From: an uncultured Actinomycetes bacterium
GTDB lineage: Bacteria > Actinomycetota > Thermoleophilia > RBG-16-64-13
Direction: 5' to 3'
Assembly (NCBI GenBank): GCA_963706025.1
Contig: CAVPLM010000028.1
Coordinates: forward strand, 1 to 22,482
DNA length: 22,482 nt
Each line of letters begins with the position of its first letter. Position 1 is the first letter of the stretch. The notes below the pieces were generated by a model. It made no database searches, was not told where the DNA came from, and saw only the letters and a list, made by a program, of their open reading frames with translations. Position numbers and translations under genes: made by a program. This document shows positions 7,245-16,643 of this stretch, piece by piece.

Positions 7245-7529
7245 ATGCCGTACGTGCTCATACAGCACCAGGTGAAGGACTACGCGACGTTCGAGAACGT
7301 GTTTCTGGACGACGGCGAGCGTCGGCGGCGGAGCGGCTGCAAAGGCGGAAGACTCCTTAGGAATGCCGACGACCCTGGCAATCTCATCGCCATCTTCGAA
7401 TGGGACGGACTGGAACGGGCGAACGAGTTCGCAAACGGGCTGGAGCTCCACGAGGCCATGGAATGGGCCTCGGCAGGGACCACATCCACCGTCACGGTGC
7501 TGGAGGAGGTCCTCGAGGTCGACGCCTAG
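7245..7529 (+). CDS. Small dimeric alpha-beta barrel protein (ABM/cyclase-like)
   Basis: 94 aa with H.V.DY..F...F, R...G..GGRLLRN.DDP..L..IFEWD pattern; strong RBS AAGGAG. Confidence 0.7.
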   Translation: MPYVLIQHQVKDYATFENVFLDDGERRRRSGCKGGRLLRNADDPGNLIAIFEWDGLERANEFANGLELHEAMEWASAGTTSTVTVLEEVLEVDA

Positions 7530-7554
7530 CGACCGCCGGGCGTAGCGACCCGCC

Positions 7555-7563
7555 TGGTATGCT
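7555..7563 (+). promoter_or_regulatory. Putative extended -10 promoter for fba (TGGTATGCT)
   Basis: TGn-TAnnnT about 58 nt upstream of the fba ATG. Confidence 0.4.
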
Positions 7564-7620
7564 GGGCGCGGTTCGTCCGGGGCGTCGCCCGACATGGAGA
7601 AACGCGGATAGGGGCTGCAG

Positions 7621-8571
7621 ATGATAGTCACAACCGAGGCGCTGTTCCAGGTCGCCTACGGCACGTTCGCCGTCGGCGCCTACAACATCAATAACATGGA
7701 GCAGACCCTGGGTCTGTTCCGCGGCAATCTGGAGTCACAGGCCCCGTTCATCATCCAGATCTCGCGTGGAGCCCGTTCCTACGCCGACAAGCGCATGCTG
7801 GAAGCGATGATCAAGGCCGCCGACGAGATCTTCCCCGATGCCATCTTCGCCGTGCATCTCGACCATGGCGATCTGACCACGGCGCTCGACTGTATCCAGA
7901 GCGGGTTCTACTCCTCGGTCATGATCGACGCCTCCGGCGAGCCCCTGGAGGAGAATATCCGCATCACCCGGCAGGTGGTCGAAGCCGCCCACGCCCGCGG
8001 TATCTCTGTGGAAGCCGAGCTGGGCCAGCTCGGAGGAGTGGAAGAGCACGTGCAGGTGGACGAGAAGAACGCCCACCTCACCGATCCGGCCGAAGCCGAG
8101 GTGTTCGTGCGGGAATCGGGCTGCGACTCCCTGGCCGTCGCCATCGGGACCAGCCATGGGGCCTACAAGTTCAGCGGCCATCAGGGCCTTCACCTGGACG
8201 TCGCCGCCGAGATCCAGAAGCGTCTCCCGGGCTTTCCTCTCGTCATGCACGGATCGAGCTCGGTGCCGCAAGGAGAGATCGAGCGCATCAACGCCGCCGG
8301 CGGCTCCATCAAGGGAGCCAAGGGGGTGGACGAGGACGAGTTCGTCAAGGCGGTTCCTCTGGGGGTGACCAAGGTCAACATCGATACCGACGGCCGCTTG
8401 GTCTGGACCCGAGTCCACCGAGAATTCTTCCGTGACCATCCCGAGCAGTTCGACCTGCGGGACCCTGGCAAGGTCTTCGTGGCCGAATACGCGGCCTTCA
8501 TCGCTCATAAGAACCAGAAGTTGGGCTCGGCCGGTGCTCTGGAAGCGGTGCGAGAGGCGGTGACAGGATAG
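7621..8571 (+). CDS. fba: Fructose-1,6-bisphosphate aldolase, class II
   Basis: AVGAYNINNMEQ, VHLDHG, SSVMIDAS, VEAELG, AIGTSHGAYKF, LVMHGSS, KVNIDTD Zn-aldolase motifs. Confidence 0.95.
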   Translation: MIVTTEALFQVAYGTFAVGAYNINNMEQTLGLFRGNLESQAPFIIQISRGARSYADKRMLEAMIKAADEIFPDAIFAVHLDHGDLTTALDCIQSGFYSSVMIDASGEPLEENIRITRQVVEAAHARGISVEAELGQLGGVEEHVQVDEKNAHLTDPAEAEVFVRESGCDSLAVAIGTSHGAYKFSGHQGLHLDVAAEIQKRLPGFPLVMHGSSSVPQGEIERINAAGGSIKGAKGVDEDEFVKAVPLGVTKVNIDTDGRLVWTRVHREFFRDHPEQFDLRDPGKVFVAEYAAFIAHKNQKLGSAGALEAVREAVTG

Positions 8572-8630
8572 ATCTCGATCATCGCTCTTGGGGAGGGCTT
8601 TCATGATCGGTCAGGGGAGATAGGGATAGC

Positions 8631-10544
8631 ATGGAGACCCTGACAGGCCAGTTGTTCGCGCAGGTCGTGCAGTCGGGTGCCTACGCCGTGGCGCGAGCGC
8701 AGGATGCACTCGACCGGATCAACGTATTCCCGGTGGCCGATGCCGACACGGGGGCCAATCTTGCCGCTACCCTTAGTGCGGCCGCGGCTGGGCTGGGACG
8801 GAATCCGCCGACGGCAGTGGGTGCCGCCGCACGGGTAGCCGCCGACGCGGCGCTGATCGGGGCGCGGGGCAATTCCGGAGCCATCTTCGCCCAGTTCCTA
8901 CATGGATTGGCGGATGGACTGCACCTCAAGAAGGGTGCGGCCACGAGCGAGTTTGCGCTGGCCGCCACCATCGGCGTCGATGCCGCCTATTCAGCCGTTC
9001 AGAATCCGCGTGAAGGGACCATTCTATCGGTCCTCCGGGCGTGGGCCAGCGATATGAACGCCCAAGCCCCCGGTCTGCCGGATTTCCGTGTACTCATGGA
9101 CCGCGCTCTTGAGGCGGCCCGCGTTGCTCTTGCAGCTACCCCGAGCCAACTAGAGGTGCTTGCGCGGAACAAGGTGGTCGATGCCGGTGGACAAGGCTTC
9201 GTGTACTTCCTTGAAGGCATGCTCCATCCTTTGGGAAGCCGTCTCGGTGCGGACGTGAGCATGCTGGAGTCCCTTACGTTCGCTGCCGCCTACGAGCAAC
9301 TATCCGGGATCTCGGGTGCTCACGGGGGTGGGTTCGTCGCCAGCGGCTCTGGACGGGCCCGGAGACTGGACGCGGAGGCGATCGACGAACGGTTCCGCTA
9401 CTGTACCGAGGCGTTGCTCGGAGGGGAGCGTCTCGATCGGGAGCTCATTCAGCGGGCCATCGGGAGTCTGGGCGAGTCCCTGGTGGTGGCGGGCGGCGGG
9501 ACCCATATGCGAGTCCATCTCCACACGAACCAGCCTGCCTTGTTCCGGAGCGCTCTCGAGGGATTCGGGACGCTGGAAAGCTTCAAGATCGATGACATGG
9601 TGCTGCAGCAGGCTACGGCCAGGGCCGCCACTATCGCTCTCGTCACCGACTCCACCTTCGATCTTCCTGAGGCGGCGCAGCTCCGCTTTGGCACGGTGAT
9701 GGTGCCGCTGACCGTGACGATCGGAGGCAGGACGTATCTCGACCGGGTTGAACTCGGCTCCAGCGACTTCTACCGTCTGGTGCGCCAGACCGGCGAATTG
9801 CCGCGCACCTCCCAGCCGAATCGCGCCGATTTCCGCCGAGTCTATGAAGCGTTGTTGGAGGACCACGAGGGCGTGGTCTCTATCCACCTCTCCAAGCGGG
9901 TGTCCGGGACCTACCAGTCTGCTCTTGGCGCGGCCGCCGACGTGGATGTGTCTCGAGTGCGGGTGGTGGATGCGCGTCACCTCTCGGTGGGCCTGGGACT
10001 GGTGGTGGAAGCGGCCGGTGAGGCCATCCAGGGCGGTGAATCGCTCGACGCCGTGGTGGCGGCTGCGGAAGCCGCCGCCCGGAATACCAGGGTATACGGT
10101 GCCACGCCTTCGCTCGATTTCGCCGTGAAGGGTGGGCGCGTCAACTCCAAAGTGGCCTACATGGCCGGCTTGATCAGGCTGAAGCCGGTGATCCTGTTCG
10201 ACGAAGAGGGAGGGGTCCACGCCAACGGCGGTCATCTCGGCTACGCGCGGACCATCCGAGGCATCGCCCGGCGGGCCGCCGAGTTCGCGAACGGCCGGCC
10301 TGCTCGGGTGGCCATAACCCACGCGGATTCGCCCGAATCCGCGGCTTATCTCCTCCAGCAGCTGCACAGACGTTTCGGACAGCAGCAGGACATCCCCATG
10401 ATGGAGTGTGGGGCGGTCCTCTCCACCCATACCGGTCTGGGAGCGGTGGCGGTCGCGGTACGCCGTCTGTCAGCCGACGCCGCGCCGAGCCGGTCTTCGC
10501 CGCCCGAGTCGCGCGAAGACGGCGAGCAACGAGGGTCCCGTTGA
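8631..10544 (+). CDS. DAK2 (FakA-like kinase) - DegV (FakB-like fatty-acid binding) fusion protein
   Basis: N-terminal INVFPVADADTGANL, GARGNSG, PREGTIL, VVDAGG.G; middle YCTE and VHLHTN; C-terminal DegV IALVTDSTFDLP, PRTSQP, IHLSKRVSGTYQSA, KGGR, LSTHTGLG. Confidence 0.9.
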   Translation: METLTGQLFAQVVQSGAYAVARAQDALDRINVFPVADADTGANLAATLSAAAAGLGRNPPTAVGAAARVAADAALIGARGNSGAIFAQFLHGLADGLHLKKGAATSEFALAATIGVDAAYSAVQNPREGTILSVLRAWASDMNAQAPGLPDFRVLMDRALEAARVALAATPSQLEVLARNKVVDAGGQGFVYFLEGMLHPLGSRLGADVSMLESLTFAAAYEQLSGISGAHGGGFVASGSGRARRLDAEAIDERFRYCTEALLGGERLDRELIQRAIGSLGESLVVAGGGTHMRVHLHTNQPALFRSALEGFGTLESFKIDDMVLQQATARAATIALVTDSTFDLPEAAQLRFGTVMVPLTVTIGGRTYLDRVELGSSDFYRLVRQTGELPRTSQPNRADFRRVYEALLEDHEGVVSIHLSKRVSGTYQSALGAAADVDVSRVRVVDARHLSVGLGLVVEAAGEAIQGGESLDAVVAAAEAAARNTRVYGATPSLDFAVKGGRVNSKVAYMAGLIRLKPVILFDEEGGVHANGGHLGYARTIRGIARRAAEFANGRPARVAITHADSPESAAYLLQQLHRRFGQQQDIPMMECGAVLSTHTGLGAVAVAVRRLSADAAPSRSSPPESREDGEQRGSR

Positions 10545-10629
10545 ACCTGCCGGTCGCAACGGAAGCGACTCTGGGCGTCCTGGTTGTCTAAACCGCGCAA
10601 GGGCTAGGACGCACGACGCGTGCGATACG

Positions 10630-10638
10630 TGGTATTTT
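10630..10638 (+). promoter_or_regulatory. Putative extended -10 promoter for pckG (TGGTATTTT)
   Basis: TGn-TAnnnT in the 235-nt intergenic region, about 140 nt before the pckG ATG. Confidence 0.35.
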
Positions 10639-10779
10639 CTCCCCGGCAGACTGGCGGAGGATGGCGCGTACCCATCAGCCGCGCTGTGAGGCCGGCTGTG
10701 ACACTCGGACAGAGTGTTAGCCGGCTTCGCCTATTCCTAGGCGCTAATACGACCGCTCAGGCAGACGGAAGGAGATAGG

Positions 10780-12598
10780 ATGGCGGCCGCGATCGACGCC
10801 CTGACCAAGAACGGGGAACTGCTGGCCTGGCTACACGACGTGGTCGAGCTGTGCAGACCGGACAGCGTCTACGCCTGTGACGGCTCACAGGACGACTACG
10901 AGCACATGTGCGAGCTGCTCGTCAACCAGGGAACGTTCACCCGGTTGAACGACTCCCTGCGGCCCAACTGCTACCTGGCCCGTTCGCACCCCAGCGACGT
11001 CGCTCGGGTCGAGGACCGCACCTACATCTGCACCAAGAATCAGGTGGATGCTGGTCCGACCAACAACTGGGCCCCCGCGGGAGAGATGAAACGCAAGATG
11101 ATCCGTCTCTTCCAGCGCACGATGGAGGGGCGGACGCTGTACATCATCCCATTCTCCATGGGACCCATCGGCTCGCCCTTCTCCAAGATAGGCATCGAGG
11201 TGACCGACTCCCCCTACGTGGTCGCCAACATGATGATCATGACCCGCACCGGCATCGAGGTCCTCGAAGCCCTGGGCGAGTGCGGCAAGTTCATCCCCTG
11301 CCTGCATTCCGTAGGAGCGCCGCTGTCCCCGTTCCAGGGTGACGTGCCCTGGCCCTGCGAGCGCGATCCCAAGCACAAGTTCATCGTGCATTTCCCCGAA
11401 GACCCTTCTATCTGGTCTTACGGGTCAGGCTACGGCGGCAACGCGTTGCTCGGCAAAAAATGCCTGGCGCTACGCATCGCCTCGACCGAGGCTCACAAGG
11501 AGGGCTGGCTGGCCGAGCACATGTTGATCCTCGCTCTCACCTCTCCCGAGGGCAAGACCCACTACATCGCCGGGGCGTTCCCGAGCGCCTGCGGCAAGAC
11601 CAATCTGGCGATGATGCGGCCCACGCATCCCCGGCTGGAAAGTGACCACCGTCGGAGACGACATCGCTTGGATGCGGATCGGGGACGACGGGCGTCTGTG
11701 GGCGGTCAATCCAGAGACGGGTTTCTTCGGCGTGGCGCCGGGGACTTCCCACGACTCGAATCCCAACGCGATGGAGACGTTCACCAAGAACACCATCTTC
11801 ACCAACGCCGGTCTCACCGACGAGGGTGACGTTTGGTGGGAGGACATGGGAGTCGAGCCCCCTGCTCACCTCATCGACTGGGAGGGCGACGACTGGACCC
11901 CGGACTCGGGCCGGAAGGCCGCTCATCCCAACTCGCGGTTCACCGCCCCCGCTTCCCAGTGCCCGGTCATCGACCCCAGGTGGCAGGATCCGGCGGGTGT
12001 ACCCATATCGGCCATCCTGTTCGGGGGCCGGCGGGCGAGCACCATCCCTCTGGTGAACGAGGCTTTCGACTGGGAGCACGGCGTGTTCATGGGCTCGGCC
12101 GCCGGCTCCGAGACCACCGCCGCCAATCTGAGCAAGACCGGGGTACTGCGGCACGACCCGTTCGCCATGCTGCCGTTCTGTGGCTATAACATGGGCGACT
12201 ACTTCGCCCAGTGGCTGTCCATGGCCGAGCGCACGGACCCCGCCAAGCTGCCGCGCATCTTCTTCGTCAACTGGTTCCGCAAGGGCGAGGACGGACACTG
12301 GCTATGGCCGGGATACGGCGAGAACAGCCGCGTGCTCGAGTGGATCTTCGAGCGCGTGGAAGGGCAAGGCGAAGCGGTGAAGACCCCCATCGGCAACCTG
12401 CCGACGCCCGAGGCGCTCGATCTGTCCGGCCTAGACCTGCCGGCCGACGACCTGCGCAGACTTCTAGAGGTCGACATCGAGGGCTGGAAGAAGGAAGCGG
12501 CCGGCTTGTCCGAATACTACGATGAATTCGGGGATCGTCTGCCCCAGGTTCTCTGGAAGCAACTCGAGGCCCTGCAAGACCGTCTGGGCGCGAGGTGA
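10780..12598 (+). CDS. pckG: Phosphoenolpyruvate carboxykinase (GTP), split by a 1-nt insertion at about 11625-11626 (sequencing error or recent pseudogene)
   Basis: First frame has [39 protein letters not shown]. Second frame has [54 protein letters not shown]. Removing one base restores [17 protein letters not shown] and a 605-aa protein. Confidence 0.95.
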
Positions 12599-13902
12599 GC
12601 ATGGACCCCTTGGCCGTTGAGCTCAATCAGATCATCGAACAGCAAGCTCCCGCGGTGATGCGGCTCCTCTCCGACATGGGCAAAGAACTGTACTTCCCCA
12701 AAGGGATCTTGACCCAATCGGCCGAGGCCAATCAGAAAGCCACACGTTACAACGCCACCATCGGCGAAGCCCGGGAGCTGCAGCATTCAATGGCGCTCCC
12801 GGCCATCATGCGCCATCTGGCCGACCTGGGCCCGGACGCGGTGCTGCCATACGCCCCGTCGTTCGGGCGGGCCGATCTGCGGGCTGCATGGCGAGAAGAG
12901 ATCAAGGAGAAGAACCCGTCGCTAGGTGACACCCCCATCAGCCTGCCCGTGGTCACCGCCGGCATCACTCACGGGCTCAGCACTGTGGGTGACATGTTCG
13001 CCGATCCGGGTGATCTTCTGCTGCTTCCCGACCAGTTGTGGGAGAACTACCAGCTGATCTTTGGGGTCAAGCGGAACGCGCAGGTGGCGTTCTACCCGCT
13101 GCTCGACCTCGACGAAGGTTTCGATATCGTCGGTTTCAGGCGGGTGTTGGGCGAAAACAGCGATCGCGGCAAGCTGCTTGTGCTCTTCAGCTTCCCGAAC
13201 AACCCCACCGGGTATTCCATCACTCCGGCCGAAGCTGAAGCCATCCGGGGCGCGCTGGTCGAGATTGCCGAGGGTGGCTGCGACGTGGTGGCGATATGTG
13301 ACGATGCCTATTTCGGTCTCTTCTACGACGAGAAGGTGATGAAGGAGTCGTTGTTCACGCGGCTTGCCTCGGCTCATCCCCGCATCCTCGCCGTGAAGCT
13401 GGACGGAGCCTCCAAGGAGGATTTCGCCTGGGGTCTCAGGGTGGCGTTCATCACCTACGGGATGGCCGGCGGAGCAGGTGCATACGAGGCCCTGGAGAGG
13501 AAGACCGGGGGCTGCATAAGGGCGACCATCTCCAATTCCCCCAACATCTCACAGCAGTTGGTGTTGAAGGCGATGGCCGATCCTGGCTACCGGGCGCAGA
13601 AGGAAGAGAAGTTCGCTGTTCTCCAACGCCGGGCGACCAAGGTCGGGGAAGTGCTGGCGGAGCCCCGGTTCGCAGCGGCCTGGAGGGCGTACCCCTTCAA
13701 TTCCGGCTACTTCATGTGCCTGCGCCTCAACGAGCTGGACGCCGAGGCCTACCGGGTGCGACTACTGAATGAGTACGGAGTGGGTGTGATATCTCTGAAC
13801 AGCACCGACATCCGCATCGCCTTCTCGAGCGTCGACGAGGTAGACATCGCGGACCTGTTCGATGTGATGCTCACCTGCGCTCTGGAGATGCAGAACGGGT
13901 AG
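12595..13902 (+). CDS. PLP-dependent aminotransferase class I/II, probable aspartate aminotransferase (S. aureus AspB-like subfamily)
   Basis: [50 protein letters not shown] (PLP Lys), FNSGYFM, DIRIAFS. GTG overlaps the pckG TGA; alternative start ATG 12601. Confidence 0.88.
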   Translation: MSMDPLAVELNQIIEQQAPAVMRLLSDMGKELYFPKGILTQSAEANQKATRYNATIGEARELQHSMALPAIMRHLADLGPDAVLPYAPSFGRADLRAAWREEIKEKNPSLGDTPISLPVVTAGITHGLSTVGDMFADPGDLLLLPDQLWENYQLIFGVKRNAQVAFYPLLDLDEGFDIVGFRRVLGENSDRGKLLVLFSFPNNPTGYSITPAEAEAIRGALVEIAEGGCDVVAICDDAYFGLFYDEKVMKESLFTRLASAHPRILAVKLDGASKEDFAWGLRVAFITYGMAGGAGAYEALERKTGGCIRATISNSPNISQQLVLKAMADPGYRAQKEEKFAVLQRRATKVGEVLAEPRFAAAWRAYPFNSGYFMCLRLNELDAEAYRVRLLNEYGVGVISLNSTDIRIAFSSVDEVDIADLFDVMLTCALEMQNG

Positions 13903-13975
13903 GCGGAGCCGCTGATCAGGGCCTGGTCCTAGTTGGCACGCATCTAGAGAGGAACCAGTCGAGCACGGGGGGAAC

Positions 13976-14356
13976 ATGGCAAAGACCAAGGGTCAGGTCG
14001 AAGCGGAGATCAGCGACGCCATCGTCAAGTTCGAGCTCGACTACATGGGCCGCGGGCCGGAAGAGGCCCGCACCTATATCGTCGAAGACCTCGTCATTGT
14101 CCGTCTGCGAGGCGTGCTCACCCCGGCTGAGCGCCAACTGGGAGGGGCAGACGGGACCCCCCAGGGCCGTACTCTCGTCAAGGAGATCAGACGCGAGTTG
14201 ATCGAGAAGGCCAGACCTCTCCTGGAGACCATCATCAAGGACGTCACCGGGCAGGAGGTCCGCAGCTTGCATACCGACATCAGTACCATCTTCGGGGAGC
14301 GCATCATCGTGTTCTCGCTGGCGGGCCCGGTGCGCCTGACCGCCGGCAACCACTGA
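13976..14356 (+). CDS. DUF2294 / MpsC-family protein
   Basis: TKGQVEAEIS, MGRGP, GVLTPAE..L, G..LVKEIR..L, V.SLHTDIS...GERIIVFSL signature. Confidence 0.88.
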   Translation: MAKTKGQVEAEISDAIVKFELDYMGRGPEEARTYIVEDLVIVRLRGVLTPAERQLGGADGTPQGRTLVKEIRRELIEKARPLLETIIKDVTGQEVRSLHTDISTIFGERIIVFSLAGPVRLTAGNH

Positions 14357-14396
14357 CCCGCGGTGCACGGGAGGTCGGCGAACGGGGGCGGCGGCA

Positions 14397-15146
14397 ATGG
14401 GCGGTGTCTTCATCCGTTTCTACGCTGAGCTCGGCGATCTGCTGCCTCCAGAGCGTCGCGGCCGCGAATTCGAGCATCCCTACCCTTCGGGTGGTGCGGT
14501 CAAGGACCTTATCGAGGGCCTGGGGGTGCCGCACACCGAGGTCGACCTGATCCTGGTGGAAGGACGGTCTGTCGGTTTCTCTCACCCGGTCGAGGACGGC
14601 GAGCACGTGAGCGTGTACCCGGTGTTCGAGGCGCTGGACGTCGCCCCTGTGACTCGGGTGCGGGCGCGCCCGCTGCGCCGGGTCTGTTTCGCGGCCGACG
14701 TGCACCTGGGCAAGCTGGCAGGCTACCTGCGGCTGGCAGGCTTCGACACGCGATATCGCAACGACTGGTCCGACGACGAGCTCGTCGAGACCGCCGTCGG
14801 CGAGCACCGGATCATCCTGACCCGGGATCGAAGACTGCTGATGCGAGCAGCGGTGACTCATGGCTACCTCGTACGGCAGACGTACCCCCGACGGCAGCTG
14901 CCAGAAGTACTGGAGCGGTTCGACCTGTGGGGGTCCCTCCGGCCGTTGGCGCGCTGCTCGCTGTGCAACGGCCTCGTGGAAGCGGTAGAGAAGGCCGATG
15001 TCATCGACGGGCTCCCGCCGCTCACGGTGCGCCACTACGAGGAGTTTTGGCGATGCACCGGTTGCGGCCAGCTCTACTGGAAGGGCGCGCACTATCGGTC
15101 GCTGGAGCGGCTGCTCGCCCGAGAGGCGCCTCCGGCCGACACCTAG
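14397..15146 (+). CDS. Mut7-C ubiquitin-like/RNase (PIN-like) domain protein
   Basis: N-terminal RFYAELGDLLP...VKDLIEGLGVPHTEVDLILV (Ub-Mut7C); FAADVHLGKLA.YLRLAGFDT, ILTRDR; Zn ribbon RCSLCN...CTGCGQLYWKGAH. Confidence 0.92.
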   Translation: MGGVFIRFYAELGDLLPPERRGREFEHPYPSGGAVKDLIEGLGVPHTEVDLILVEGRSVGFSHPVEDGEHVSVYPVFEALDVAPVTRVRARPLRRVCFAADVHLGKLAGYLRLAGFDTRYRNDWSDDELVETAVGEHRIILTRDRRLLMRAAVTHGYLVRQTYPRRQLPEVLERFDLWGSLRPLARCSLCNGLVEAVEKADVIDGLPPLTVRHYEEFWRCTGCGQLYWKGAHYRSLERLLAREAPPADT

Positions 15147-15162
15147 CGACCGGCACGCCTGT

Positions 15163-16548
15163 TCAACGCATCTCCTGGCCGGCGACGGCAGCTGCTTCGT
15201 CACCTTCCGGCTGCATGGAGGCCGGTATGCCGCCCGGCCGCCAGCGAGCGAAGAGAGGCACTCCTATGAGGGCTACCGCCCCCATGGCCGCGATACCTGC
15301 GGCGGTGGCATTCGAGCCACTGGCGGCGCTGCTCGCTATGGGCGAGAGGGCCGCGCCCAGCCCCTGAGACACCCGCTGCACGGCTCCGAAGAGACCGAAG
15401 GCCAACGCCTGGTAGTCGGAGCGGAAGTTCTCGGCATACGCCCCACGCACCGTCGGGACCAGAGCTCCTGAGAACAAGCCATGCAGGCAGGCGCATAGCA
15501 CCACTAGGCTCAGAGACGACACCAGGCTGAAGGCGAAGGCGTTGAGAGCCCACATGGTCAGCCCTACCATGATGATGAGCTTCACGAGACGGCGGTCGGG
15601 GCGGAGCAACGCTACGAAACCCGCCCCCGCGGCAGAAGAAAGCACAACCCCCAGAAGCACCGCCCAGAGTTGCATCCCCTCCAGATCGGTGAGCGCCTGG
15701 ATGTGCAGGGTCAGATAGAGACTGAGTCCCATGATGGCCGAGTTGAGAGCGAAATAGCCGGCGAGGAACCAGCCCGCACGGTACTCGTGGGCGGACTGCT
15801 GCCATAGTGCCTTCATGCGGTGGTGCAGCTTCCCCTGGGGGATCTCCACAGCATCGGACTTCTTCTGCCACAACCGCTTCGCGAATATGCTCGGGATGGT
15901 GCATAGGAAGAAGACGAGCGCCGCTGGGATGAGGGCGTAGCCCTGCCCGCTGATGCCTTCGATCAGCTTGCCGGAGATGAAGAGCTGGATGACGCCGACT
16001 CCGACTACTCCGCCGAGGAAACTGAGACCCATGCCCAGTGACGAGACGCTGACCACGTTGGCGCCCCCGGCCGCGCTGAGCATAGAGGCGTTGTAGATGA
16101 GGCTCGATAGTTGGAAGAAGTAGTTCGCGATCATGGCGGAGAGCAGCACGCCCACCACGGCCAGAGTCTCGGTGCGAGGCAGGATGTTGAGCGTGGCCAA
16201 GAGGACCACGGCTATAACCACCGATACCACGAACCATTTGCGGCGAGTGCGCTTCTCGTCTGCGCTCACGCCGATGTAGGGGCCGCTCAGTCCTATGGCC
16301 CAGGACGAGGCGGCGGAGGCCAGGCCGAAGGCCACGGCAGGCACTCCCAGATCGTTGACCATCCACGGGGTGAGGTAATAGGGGATGGCGAACTCCACCG
16401 AGGTGTTGCCGAAATCGTAGGTATACCAGGCTAAGCGCGTGCGCCTGGCTGAACCGCCCTCGTCGGATGCTACCGTCGTGGGCGTCTGTGCGTCGGGTGT
16501 CTGTTCGGCGGGATCCACAGTCGCACTAGTGTACCTTTGGTTGGCCAA
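15163..16548 (-). CDS. MFS transporter (UMF1/Atg22-like)
   Basis: About 12 hydrophobic segments, WYTYDFGNTS, GVSADEKRTRRKW loop motif, AFGLFG. Start uncertain (TTG 16548 or GTG 16518). Confidence 0.82.
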   Translation of the reverse strand: MANQRYTSATVDPAEQTPDAQTPTTVASDEGGSARRTRLAWYTYDFGNTSVEFAIPYYLTPWMVNDLGVPAVAFGLASAASSWAIGLSGPYIGVSADEKRTRRKWFVVSVVIAVVLLATLNILPRTETLAVVGVLLSAMIANYFFQLSSLIYNASMLSAAGGANVVSVSSLGMGLSFLGGVVGVGVIQLFISGKLIEGISGQGYALIPAALVFFLCTIPSIFAKRLWQKKSDAVEIPQGKLHHRMKALWQQSAHEYRAGWFLAGYFALNSAIMGLSLYLTLHIQALTDLEGMQLWAVLLGVVLSSAAGAGFVALLRPDRRLVKLIIMVGLTMWALNAFAFSLVSSLSLVVLCACLHGLFSGALVPTVRGAYAENFRSDYQALAFGLFGAVQRVSQGLGAALSPIASSAASGSNATAAGIAAMGAVALIGVPLFARWRPGGIPASMQPEGDEAAAVAGQEMR

Positions 16549-16643
16549 AACCTGGGCGGTGGTCTAACCTTGTGCCTCCGGCGCCGGCGTCTCGGGCGAC
16601 GGCAGAGGTAAGCACAACGGGATCGCGAGGGTGATAGGGACCT

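Noticed and set aside
7527-7554. Short direct repeat tagcgacc(c)gcc upstream of fba
   Set aside because: Only two short copies, one including the stop codon; compatible with chance and not CRISPR-like.
10575-10612. Inverted repeat gcgtcctgg/ctaggacgc after the DAK2-DegV gene as a terminator or ncRNA
   Set aside because: Large loop, no U tract and no recognisable RNA family; not enough support to call.
10655-10710. Superficial similarity to a fluoride riboswitch (GATGG...GCTG.TGAC)
   Set aside because: The P1 and pseudoknot pairings do not fit and the downstream gene is not a typical target.
11627-11829. C-terminal tail of the 349-aa ORF and a separate 318-aa ORF as two genes
   Set aside because: They are the two halves of one frameshifted pckG; the tail is out-of-frame sequence.
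13934-13949. TGGCACG resembling a sigma-54 -24 box upstream of DUF2294
   Set aside because: The -12 position reads TAGA rather than TTGC, so the essential GC is missing.
15200-16366. 388-aa minus-strand ORF overlapping the MFS gene, and the other long antisense or alternate-frame ORFs (e.g. 2258-3274, 2878-3978, 7735-8604, 9300-10430)
   Set aside because: Arg/Pro/Gly-rich shadow ORFs expected in high-GC coding DNA, fully overlapping well-supported genes and lacking motifs.
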